Notes: generated by a model not told the origin, from the sequence alone. Shown: positions 18,153-27,485, numbered from the stretch's first letter. The stretch is 29,034 nucleotides of DNA from Candidatus Shapirobacteria bacterium (GCA_018500045.2 JAHBAQ020000042.1:1-29034), one strand, 5' to 3'. Numbers and translations: made by a program.

Positions 18153-19096
18153 TTTAATTTTTTGGCAGCAGCAATTAAATTTTTAACTCCCAAACCATAG
18201 TGGTCATACAATTCTAAATAATTTTTGGCTGATTGGCCAAATTGATTATTTACGCTTAAGTGAATAAATTTGGGACGAAGTTTAGAATTAAGAATTTGAG
18301 TGGCAACAATGGAACCAAGTCCCCCATTTTGTTGATGATCTTCCAGACAAATTAGCCGACCAGTTTTTTTGAGACTTTTAGTAATGGTATTAAAGTCTAG
18401 TGGTTTAATAGAAGAACAATTAATAATTTCTAGGGAAATATTGGGTTTAGAAAGGGACAATTGCTCTTGAGCGAGTAAAGCCTGATGAAGAATTGGACCG
18501 TAGCCAATAATTGTAATATCTTTACCTTTTTTGATAATTTGAGATTTGCCAATAGTAAAGGTGTTTTTGAAATTATTAATAATTGGAGTGTCAGGACGAA
18601 CTAAGCGAAGGTAGGCCGGGCGACGACTACGACTAAGAACAGTAGTAATTTTTTGAGTTTCGTAAGCGTCAACGGGAGCAAAAACTTCCATATTGGGTAA
18701 AGCCGACATCAGAGCGACATCTTCGAGAATTTGATGAGTGGCACCAAGGTCAGCTGTCATCAGACCAGCGTGAGAACCGACGATTTTGACATTTAAGTTG
18801 TTATAACAAATTGATTGGCGAATAACGGCCCAATTTATGGCCGGCGAAAAACAAGCAAAGGAACAAAGGAAAACGGTTTTGCCCGTTTTGGCTAGACCAG
18901 CGGCGACAGCGGCAGCGTTATTCTCAGCAATACCGCATTCAATAAAACGATGAGGGAATTTTTTGGCAAAATCATTTAAATGTAAAGATGATTTTAAATC
19001 CATACTAACGACGTAAATATTTGAGTTAGTTTGAGCTAGCTTAAAAAGTGTTTCACCAAAAGCCTTACGGATAGATTGGTTATCGGTTGAGTTCAT
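18149..19096 (-). CDS. tkt: Transketolase, C-terminal (pyrimidine-binding) subunit
   Basis: GIAE, GATHQ, YLRL, LEDH motifs; follows the N-terminal subunit. Confidence 0.92.
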   Translation of the reverse strand: MNSTDNQSIRKAFGETLFKLAQTNSNIYVVSMDLKSSLHLNDFAKKFPHRFIECGIAENNAAAVAAGLAKTGKTVFLCSFACFSPAINWAVIRQSICYNNLNVKIVGSHAGLMTADLGATHQILEDVALMSALPNMEVFAPVDAYETQKITTVLSRSRRPAYLRLVRPDTPIINNFKNTFTIGKSQIIKKGKDITIIGYGPILHQALLAQEQLSLSKPNISLEIINCSSIKPLDFNTITKSLKKTGRLICLEDHQQNGGLGSIVATQILNSKLRPKFIHLSVNNQFGQSAKNYLELYDHYGLGVKNLIAAAKKLK

Positions 19097-19865
19097 CTTT
19101 GGCTTGAAGATAAGACTTTTGGTCTAAATTTTTAATATCGTGATATTTATAATTATTTTCCATAAAAGAAATTCCCTTACCTAAGATAGTTTTGGCAATA
19201 ATACAAATTGGATAATCAATATTTTTTCGAGATTGTTTTAATATTTTGACTAATTGATTAATGTCGTGACCATCAACAGTAAAGACTGTCCAACCGAATT
19301 GAATATATTTAGCGGCCAAATTTTTGAGAGGCATAATATCATCGGTGGATCCGTCGATTTGAAAACTATTACAATCGACGATATTAATTAAGTTACCAAG
19401 TTTGTATTTGTTGGCAAACATAGCGGCCTCCCAAACTTGACCTTCTTGGTGTTCTCCATCACTAGTTAAACAAATAGTAGTGTGTTTAGGGTCGCCGAGA
19501 GCCAGACCAGTAGCAAAGGACAAACCTTGACCGAGTGATCCAGAAGAATATTCAACACCAGGAACTCCGGCGTAAATATGACCTTGAAGAATTGAATTAA
19601 AAGAAGTGTAAGTAGAAAATTTGCTTTTTGGAAAATAATTTTTGGAAGCCAAAACGGTGTAAAGGCCACAAGCCAAATGACCGGCAGATAAAACAAAATG
19701 ATCCTTGGTAAAATCAAAAATATCGGAATGATAAACAGAAATTAGAACATCAAGAGAAGAGAGTGAACCACCAATGTGACCACTTCCAGACTGATAAATC
19801 ATATCGAGTAAATCAAGACGAAGGTCTTTTTTGAGATAGTCTAAAGGTGAACCAAATTGGAACAT
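19080..19865 (-). CDS. tkt: Transketolase, N-terminal (TPP-binding) subunit
   Basis: GHIGGSLS, LSAGH, GSLGQG, SDGE-x-EG..DCN TPP motif, KTILGKG. Confidence 0.92.
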   Translation of the reverse strand: MFQFGSPLDYLKKDLRLDLLDMIYQSGSGHIGGSLSSLDVLISVYHSDIFDFTKDHFVLSAGHLACGLYTVLASKNYFPKSKFSTYTSFNSILQGHIYAGVPGVEYSSGSLGQGLSFATGLALGDPKHTTICLTSDGEHQEGQVWEAAMFANKYKLGNLINIVDCNSFQIDGSTDDIMPLKNLAAKYIQFGWTVFTVDGHDINQLVKILKQSRKNIDYPICIIAKTILGKGISFMENNYKYHDIKNLDQKSYLQAKDELNR

Positions 19866-19881
19866 TAATTAAGTATAACCC

Positions 19882-19945
19882 AAAACCTTTCCCTAAATCC
19901 TTCTACCCTCTCCGGGGTATCTACGAACCTTGACAGGGCAGGGAA
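19882..19945 (+). repeat. Related GC-rich nested hairpin between the divergent tkt and sigma genes
   Basis: Starts AAAACC; TTCCCT/AGGGAA outer arms, TACCC/GGGTA inner stem; shares CCTTGACA with the pgk copy. Confidence 0.45.
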
Positions 19946-19985
19946 TAAAAATAATGGAAATTTTGATTAGGTTATAATATCTAAG

Positions 19986-20486
19986 ATGGAAGATTGTTAT
20001 AAAAAGTACGGTTTGGGGTTGAGAAAATATGTCAGCCAAAAAATTGATGATGACGGTGTGGTAGAAGAATTAGTAAATGACGTAATGTTAGCGGCGATAA
20101 ATTCGGGAGAAAGTTTTGAAGGTAGATGTAGTGAGTTTAGTTGGCTTTGTAGTATCGCTAATCATAAAATTATTGATTATTACCGAAAGAAAAAGATTAA
20201 AACAGTTTTGTTTTCGGTGAGTCCAATGTTTGAAGAAATTGCTGACAAAGCTTTGACGCCCGAAAGAGATGTTTTAAAAAATGAGTTGAAAGAGGAAATA
20301 AAAAAGACGTTTGGAGAAATGAAGCAGGGTTATCGAAACATATTGCGACTTAAGTATTTAGAAGGCTGGAAAGTTGAAGAAATTGCCAGAAAAATGAATA
20401 CAACAATAAAGGCGGTGGAATCAAAATTGATAAGAGCTAAAAAAGAGTTTAGGCAAAATTGGGCTTATGATAAAAAAAAGAATTAA
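19986..20486 (+). CDS. ECF-type sigma-70 factor
   Basis: 166 aa; region 2 (FSWLCSIANHKIIDYYRK) and region 4 (EIARKMNTTIKAVESKLIRAK). Confidence 0.88.
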   Translation: MEDCYKKYGLGLRKYVSQKIDDDGVVEELVNDVMLAAINSGESFEGRCSEFSWLCSIANHKIIDYYRKKKIKTVLFSVSPMFEEIADKALTPERDVLKNELKEEIKKTFGEMKQGYRNILRLKYLEGWKVEEIARKMNTTIKAVESKLIRAKKEFRQNWAYDKKKN

Positions 20487-20808
20487 AAATATTTTTAAAC
20501 TGACAATATTGATTGCGGCTAGACAGATTTGGAAATTGATGTGTAATTTATATCATTTGATAACTGAACCAATTTTAACAATAAAGATGTTGATTAAAGA
20601 AAGAGACAAGTCACAAATTTTTTTGATTATAATGGTGGTTTTAGCACCAATAACTGCCTATTTTTTGGCGAGAATTGTTTGGGATTATTATCGTTATGGA
20701 TTGGTAGTAAGAGACGTAGGAATGTTTTTTGGAATGTCGGTAAGTTTTGAAATACTTGTATTTTCGTATTTAGGGTTTTGGATAATTAGAACGGTAAAAA
20801 GAAAGTAA
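20467..20808 (+). CDS. Small membrane hypothetical protein
   Basis: Two to three hydrophobic segments; overlaps the sigma gene by 20 nt. Confidence 0.6.
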   Translation: MIKKRIKNIFKLTILIAARQIWKLMCNLYHLITEPILTIKMLIKERDKSQIFLIIMVVLAPITAYFLARIVWDYYRYGLVVRDVGMFFGMSVSFEILVFSYLGFWIIRTVKRK

Positions 20809-20848
20809 GCGAAGGGTTTGGAAAAAGGTAACGACGTAATTATCACCT

Positions 20849-21301
20849 ATGATAAAAAATAATAAAATTGAATATACCAGCCAGGAATATTTAGAATTTA
20901 AAGACTTAACTGAAGAAATAGAACAGCAAGTAAAAGAAACAAAAATCCAAAATGGTTATGTGTTGGTTTATTCTTGTCATACAACCTTGGCTATTTGTGT
21001 TAATGAAAAAGAAAAAGGAATCGTGAAAGATTTTAAAAGTCTGATGGACAAAATGATTCCCAGAGATATTTATTATTGCCATAATGATTTGACTGTAAGA
21101 ACGGAAAATTTAGTGTGTCAGTCAGCAAAATCTGATTGTTTAAACGGTCATTCACATTGTACTCATATGTTAATGCCAAATTCGGAGATGATTCCGATTA
21201 TCGAAGGGAAAATGGCGTTGGGAACTTGGCAGAGAATTTTTGCCATTGAATTGGATTGTGAGAGGAAAAGAACGGTAATTGTACAAATTAGCGGCGAGTA
21301 A
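20849..21301 (+). CDS. yjbQ: YjbQ/UPF0047 family protein
   Basis: HTTLAI-x-NE, GHSH, LGTWQRIFAIELD. Confidence 0.88.
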   Translation: MIKNNKIEYTSQEYLEFKDLTEEIEQQVKETKIQNGYVLVYSCHTTLAICVNEKEKGIVKDFKSLMDKMIPRDIYYCHNDLTVRTENLVCQSAKSDCLNGHSHCTHMLMPNSEMIPIIEGKMALGTWQRIFAIELDCERKRTVIVQISGE

Positions 21302-22148
21302 TTTCTGCTATTTTTTGAATAACTTCGTCTAAAATGTCTTGGGGGGTGCTGGCGCCAGAACTAATAACAATGTTCTCTTGGTTAGTGAACCATTCCGGGT
21401 TTAATTCAGAAACGTTATCGACAATATAACTAATAGCTCCAGCTGATTCAGCAACAGAACGAAGACTATTAGAATTAGCACTAGTAGGAGCGCCGACAAT
21501 GATGACAAAGTGATGCTTTTTAGCTAATTTAATAATTGCTTGCTGCCTCTCGGTGGTAGCCTGGCAAATATGAGGCAAAATAGTAAGTTGAGGATATTTA
21601 TTTTTTAAAAAATCAAAGGCTTTTTGAGTTTCAGTGGTCGATAAAGTAGTTTGAGTAAGAACAATAGTATTTTTAGGGTCTTTTATTTGATAATCAAAAA
21701 TTTGGGTTAAGGTGACTGGAGTAATAGATTTTGGGGCTTCGCCAACGATACCAACAGTTTCATCATGATCAATTTTATTACACAACAAAATGATATCTTT
21801 GTTTTGTTTAACTAATTGCCGGACAGTTTGGTGGGATTTTAAAACAAGAGGACAGCTGGCATCGATAATAATTAGTTGCCTATCTTTGGCTTGTTGATAA
21901 ATTTCGGGAGCAACACCGTGAGCTCGAATAATAACAACAGAATTATGAGGAATATCATCGATCAAATAGACGGTTTTGATGTTTAAATTATTTTCCAACC
22001 AATCGACAACATGTTGGTTATGAACTAGCTCACCAAAAAAATAAATTGGTTTGTTAGAATATTTTTTGGCAGTATCTTGGGCTAATTTAATGGCACGGGT
22101 AATGCCAAAACAAAAACCGTGCGGTTGAGCCAAAATAATATTAGCCAT
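21288..22148 (-). CDS. ispH: 4-hydroxy-3-methylbut-2-enyl diphosphate reductase (LytB)
   Basis: Three Fe-S Cys (GFCFG, ASCP, ICQAT), LVHN, RAHG, HDE, QTT, SANS, GASTP. Confidence 0.94.
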   Translation of the reverse strand: MANIILAQPHGFCFGITRAIKLAQDTAKKYSNKPIYFFGELVHNQHVVDWLENNLNIKTVYLIDDIPHNSVVIIRAHGVAPEIYQQAKDRQLIIIDASCPLVLKSHQTVRQLVKQNKDIILLCNKIDHDETVGIVGEAPKSITPVTLTQIFDYQIKDPKNTIVLTQTTLSTTETQKAFDFLKNKYPQLTILPHICQATTERQQAIIKLAKKHHFVIIVGAPTSANSNSLRSVAESAGAISYIVDNVSELNPEWFTNQENIVISSGASTPQDILDEVIQKIAEITRR

Positions 22149-22827
22149 GATGTTTTTTGAATCTTTTTTTGAATTTGGTTAGAGGAATACCGGGGCAAAA
22201 CCAATGATCGGCACAACGGGCTTCATAGGTAATTTTTGAGTCACTAAAATCCTGAATAACAACTGTTGGACTATCATAATGAGCCGGTTTACTGTCGATA
22301 AGACGTTGGGTCATAGTGGCCGGAGCCCCGCAGGTTTTTTTGTGACCATCTTTGTAGGTACAACGAGCAGTAAGAGTTTCAACAGTGGTAGCTAAACCAA
22401 GTAATGATTCAATGGAGGCAAATGGTTCACCACGAAAACTACGATTAAGACCGGCGACAACAACTTCAATATCGTCGTAAAGTAAGGTTTTTATAACTTC
22501 TTTAATATTTTTATCGAAAAATTGAATTTCGTCGATAGCAACTAGATTAGGGCGTTTATTTTTGGGAAGTTTATAAATATCTTTTAAGATAAAGACAGAA
22601 TCAGTCTGGTCTTTTTTGGAATTGGGAACCGGAATAGCTACCCAACAACCGCCATTACGGCAGCGAACTTCGTTAAGATCGAAACGATTGTCGAGAGCGG
22701 GTTTATAAACCCGAATTTCATAGTTTAGGGCGTCACGACATTCGGAAAGATGATCTAATAAACGTCGGGTCTTGCTGGAATTCATCGGACCGACAAAACA
22801 GGTTAAGGGTGCTCGTTGACGGGTCAT
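22141..22827 (-). CDS. tdk: Thymidine kinase (type II)
   Basis: GPMNSSKT, KPALDNR, IDEIQFF, VAGL..FRGEPF, YEARC. Confidence 0.9.
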   Translation of the reverse strand: MTRQRAPLTCFVGPMNSSKTRRLLDHLSECRDALNYEIRVYKPALDNRFDLNEVRCRNGGCWVAIPVPNSKKDQTDSVFILKDIYKLPKNKRPNLVAIDEIQFFDKNIKEVIKTLLYDDIEVVVAGLNRSFRGEPFASIESLLGLATTVETLTARCTYKDGHKKTCGAPATMTQRLIDSKPAHYDSPTVVIQDFSDSKITYEARCADHWFCPGIPLTKFKKRFKKHHG

Positions 22828-22885
22828 AAGCCCATTGTAGCGTGAAAAAACCAGCTTGGAAAGAGCCTGTTATAATTAACCGAGT

Positions 22886-23272
22886 ATGGACGAGAAAGAA
22901 TATCATCGAAAAAGAAGAATGTTTTTTGTGATAAATGATAAGTTGGTCCTACCGGAAATTGGATCTGATAAATCACACTTTGAATGGCTGGAATCGAATA
23001 ACTATTCGACAGACAAGGCAAAAAAAATTATAGAGAATAATTTAAGAGGGGTGATTAATCCAGATGGAAGTATAAGGTTTTTTGTGGGTAAAGATCGAAC
23101 AATTAATGATTGTATAGAAGAAAAATTTTTTGAAATTTTGCCTGAATTAGTGAAAATATTTAATTTAAAATCAGAAATAATAATTGGAGGTGGAGTAAAA
23201 AAAGGTAAGGCTGGAGAAGTTTGGCCGGCGATAAAAGAATATGGACAAGTTAAAGATTATATTAAAAAATGA
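22886..23272 (+). CDS. Hypothetical protein (128 aa)
   Basis: TGTTATAAT lies 9 nt upstream; overlaps rdgB by 4 nt (ATGA-type coupling); no family recognised. Confidence 0.7.
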   Translation: MDEKEYHRKRRMFFVINDKLVLPEIGSDKSHFEWLESNNYSTDKAKKIIENNLRGVINPDGSIRFFVGKDRTINDCIEEKFFEILPELVKIFNLKSEIIIGGGVKKGKAGEVWPAIKEYGQVKDYIKK

Positions 23273-23808
23273 AAATATATTTTGTAACTGGAAATAAAAA
23301 TAAGTTAAAAGAAGTTCAAATGATAATGCCGGAAATAGAAGGATTGGAGTTGGATTTGCCAGAAATTCAGGAACTGGATCATAAAAAAGTAGTGGAATAT
23401 AAATTAAATGAGGCAAGGAAAGATAGACCTGGTTTAAATTTGATGATAGAAGATTTGTCAATGGAGATAGACGGAATGAATGGTTTACCTGGTCCATTGA
23501 TTAAATGGTTTTTGAAATCGGTCGGAAGAGAAGGAATTTATAAGATGGCAAAAATGTTTGGTAATCAAAGGGCAGTGGCAACAGAAATACTGGGTTATGT
23601 TGATAGTGATGGGAAAATGATGTTTTTTGAAGGAATAGTAAAAGGAAAAATTGTGGAACCGGCTGGAGAAAGTGATTTTGGTTGGGATCCAATTTTTGTA
23701 CCAGAAGGAAGTGATAAAACTTTTGCTGAAATGGGGGTAGAAGAGAAAAATAAAATTTCTCATCGAAAAATTGCTTTGGAAAAGTTGAAGGAATATTTGG
23801 AAAAGTAA
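23269..23808 (+). CDS. rdgB: Non-canonical purine NTP pyrophosphatase (RdgB/HAM1/ITPase)
   Basis: FVTGNKNK, EDLS, GLPGPLIKW, FGWDPIF, SHR. Confidence 0.93.
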   Translation: MKIYFVTGNKNKLKEVQMIMPEIEGLELDLPEIQELDHKKVVEYKLNEARKDRPGLNLMIEDLSMEIDGMNGLPGPLIKWFLKSVGREGIYKMAKMFGNQRAVATEILGYVDSDGKMMFFEGIVKGKIVEPAGESDFGWDPIFVPEGSDKTFAEMGVEEKNKISHRKIALEKLKEYLEK

Positions 23809-23811
23809 TTT

Positions 23812-24321
23812 ATGACAAGAAACGTGTTTTATATGATGACAGGACTACCCTATTCTGGGAAAACTACATTAGTAAATGAATTGATCAAAAATCTTGATTT
23901 AAAAATAGTGTCGGTGGATGAAATTTTGGAGGAAAAAGATTTATGGAAAAACAGACAACACCCGACACAGGGTGATTGGGAAATGGCTTATGATGAAGCC
24001 GGAAAAAAAATTAAAAATTTACTAGTTGATGGAAATAATGTGATTTTTGATGAAGCAAATTTACGATATAGCCAAAGAGAGAATTTAAGAAAAATGGCTG
24101 ATGGTTTGGGGGTAACGATAAAATTAATTTATGTAAAAATTGATAAAGATGAAGCAGTAAAAAGATGGAAAAATAATTTAAAAACCAAAAGAAAAAAACA
24201 ATTAAGTCAAGAAGTTTTTGAGAGAACTTTTGAAATATTTGAAGAACCAAAAATAGAAGAAAAATCTATTATTTATAATCAAGAAACATCTTTGAGCAAC
24301 TGGATCAAGAAAAATCTTTGA
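23812..24321 (+). CDS. P-loop small-molecule/nucleotide kinase-like protein (AAA_33-type)
   Basis: GLPYSGKTT Walker A, SVDE, IFDEAN..R. Confidence 0.8.
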   Translation: MTRNVFYMMTGLPYSGKTTLVNELIKNLDLKIVSVDEILEEKDLWKNRQHPTQGDWEMAYDEAGKKIKNLLVDGNNVIFDEANLRYSQRENLRKMADGLGVTIKLIYVKIDKDEAVKRWKNNLKTKRKKQLSQEVFERTFEIFEEPKIEEKSIIYNQETSLSNWIKKNL

Positions 24322-24391
24322 GACGCGGATGGGGGTCGAACCCATCTATACGGTTTTGCAGACCGTTGTCTAACCGCTTGACTACCGCGTC
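24321..24391 (-). tRNA. tRNA-Cys (GCA)
   Basis: Acceptor stem GACGCGG/CCGCGTC, anticodon arm ACGGT-CTGCAAA-ACCGT, T arm ATGGG-TTCGACC-CCCAT, U73 discriminator; CCA not encoded; 71 nt. Confidence 0.95.
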
Positions 24392-24408
24392 AGGTTAGAA
24401 AGTAATGT

Positions 24409-24417
24409 ATTTTATCA
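24409..24417 (-). promoter_or_regulatory. Extended -10 promoter (TGATAAAAT) for tRNA-Cys
   Basis: TGn-TAAAAT 17 nt upstream of the tRNA 5' end, abutting the terminator U-tract. Confidence 0.5.
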
Positions 24418-24443
24418 AAAAACCCTCCATTTAGGAGGGTTTT
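24417..24443 (-). terminator. Intrinsic terminator after groEL (potentially bidirectional)
   Basis: AAAAAA-CCCTCC-ATTTA-GGAGGG-TTTT; six U after the stem on the minus strand. Confidence 0.8.
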
Positions 24444-24461
24444 AATGAGAATGTTTTTGGT

Positions 24462-26117
<1,656 letters not shown>

Positions 26118-26120
26118 TTA

Positions 26121-26146
26121 GTTAAAAGTTAAAAAGTAAAAAGTAA
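26121..26146. repeat. Short imperfect 7-nt tandem repeat (AAAAGTT/AAAAAGT x3) in the groES-groEL spacer
   Basis: gttaaaagttaaaaagtaaaaagtaa. Confidence 0.4.
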
Positions 26147-26150
26147 TAAT

Positions 26151-26444
26151 TTATTTGACGATGGCCATAATGTCATCAAATTTTAGAAGTAATAAATCGA
26201 TGTTATCTTGTTTGATTTCTTTACCGCCCCATTCGCGATAAACAACAACATCGCCGACTTGGCAAGGAGCAGAAATTTCGCGGCCGTCATCAAAAATATT
26301 TCCACCAACAGCCAAAACTTTGCCTTGCTGTGGTTTGTCCTGATGGTTGTCAGGTAATAAAATACCAGAAGCGGTGGTTTGTTCTTGTTTTTGAGGCTGG
26401 ACTAAAAGGAAGCCGGGGACAGGGTGAATTTTGGTTTGGGTCAT
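26151..26444 (-). CDS. groS: Co-chaperonin GroES
   Basis: HPVPGFLLV, TASGILLP, GKVLAVG, VGDVVVY, DDIMAIV. Confidence 0.96.
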   Translation of the reverse strand: MTQTKIHPVPGFLLVQPQKQEQTTASGILLPDNHQDKPQQGKVLAVGGNIFDDGREISAPCQVGDVVVYREWGGKEIKQDNIDLLLLKFDDIMAIVK

Positions 26445-26476
26445 AGGGTTTTTAATGAGTAATTAATAATTCACTA

Positions 26477-26503
26477 TTATCAGTCTAATTATTAGACTGC
26501 TAA
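26477..26503 (-). promoter_or_regulatory. CIRCE-like operator (HrcA site), variant
   Basis: Minus strand TTAGCAGTC-N9-GACTGATAA versus canonical TTAGCACTC-N9-GAGTGCTAA; between the -10 box and groES. Confidence 0.8.
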
Positions 26504-26504
26504 T

Positions 26505-26532
26505 ATTATAGCTGGCGAGATAAAAATGGCAA
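26505..26532 (-). promoter_or_regulatory. Sigma-70 promoter of groESL
   Basis: TTGCCA-N16-TATAAT directly upstream of the CIRCE-like site. Confidence 0.7.
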
Positions 26533-26538
26533 GGGATT

Positions 26539-26584
26539 AAACCTCTCTGTCAATAAATTGATATCTCCCCTTAAAAAAGGGAGA
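26539..26584 (+). repeat. Two-hairpin repeat, intergenic copy between the groES and FkbM promoters
   Basis: AAACC TCTCT GTCAAT-AA-ATTGAT ATCTCCCCTT-AAAA-AAGGGAGA. Confidence 0.65.
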
Positions 26585-26616
26585 AGTCTTAATTTCTTGA
26601 TAAAATAAAAAATAAA

Positions 26617-27435
26617 ATGAAATTTAAAAAGGCTAGAATATTTGGAAAATTTAAATTCTTTTATTTAGAAAACGATCGATATATTGGTCAAAGGGTGGCG
26701 TTGGAAAAATATGAGCCATACGAAACACAATTAATTTTGAGACAGACAAGAATTGGAGATACAGTAGTGGATGTGGGGGCAAATATTGGCTATTACACTG
26801 TATTATTAGCCGATAAAGTCGGTAAAAATGGAAAAGTTTATGCTTTTGAACCAGATAAAATTAATTTCGAAATTTTGACTAAAAACATCAAGGAAAATAA
26901 TTTAAAAAATGTAGTGGCGATAAATGCGGCAGTAGGTAGTAAGGAAGGTGAATTAAAATTGTATAAGTCGGAAGAAAATTTTGGAGACCATAAACTGTAT
27001 GGAAATGATAAAGAAATTGAGAAAGTAAAAATTGTTAATTTAGATAAATATTTTGGTAATGAAAAAATAAATTTATTAAAAATTGACACTCAGGGTTGGG
27101 AGCCAGAAGTGATTGAAGGAGCCAAAGAATTGATTGAGAAAAATAAACCAGTGATGTTTTTGGAATATTCTCCTGCCAGTTATAAACAGGCAAAATTAAA
27201 CGGGAAAAAGATGATGAATTTTTTGAGAAAAATTTATAAAAAAACTTGGTGGATAGATGAGTGGTTGTATATTTGTAAAAATTTGAGTCAGGAAAAAATT
27301 GATAAAATTTGCGCCACCAATAAAACCGGTTACGCCGATTTGTGGATGAAAAATGATATTGGATTAAGAATTGTCTGGGAACAATATAAAGATATAAAAA
27401 TTAAACAATGGATCAAAAAGATGTTGTTTGACTAG
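26617..27435 (+). CDS. FkbM-family SAM-dependent methyltransferase
   Basis: VDVGANIGYY, VYAFEP, KIDTQGWE, FLEY. Confidence 0.9.
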   Translation: MKFKKARIFGKFKFFYLENDRYIGQRVALEKYEPYETQLILRQTRIGDTVVDVGANIGYYTVLLADKVGKNGKVYAFEPDKINFEILTKNIKENNLKNVVAINAAVGSKEGELKLYKSEENFGDHKLYGNDKEIEKVKIVNLDKYFGNEKINLLKIDTQGWEPEVIEGAKELIEKNKPVMFLEYSPASYKQAKLNGKKMMNFLRKIYKKTWWIDEWLYICKNLSQEKIDKICATNKTGYADLWMKNDIGLRIVWEQYKDIKIKQWIKKMLFD

Positions 27436-27485
27436 ATTGACTGAGATTACCGAAAACGATATGATAGAAAAAATTAAGTTATGTA

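Noticed and set aside
166-19865. Calvin cycle or RuBisCO-type carbon fixation
   Set aside because: No RuBisCO, PRK or FBPase in the window; the enzymes present are explained by glycolysis and the non-oxidative PPP
18149-19865. Two-part transketolase as a frameshifted pseudogene
   Set aside because: Split N and C subunits are a known natural form, and both halves have their own starts and intact motifs
22830-24391. Possible island integrated at the tRNA-Cys 3' end
   Set aside because: No duplicated tRNA 3' end (att site) near 22830-22885, no integrase, and the genes are housekeeping types
24417-24443. groEL terminator as another copy of the dispersed repeat (it also begins AAAACCCTCC)
   Set aside because: It is a single hairpin with a U-tract and lacks the CTCCCCTT..AAkGGAG second stem; it is sufficiently explained as a terminator
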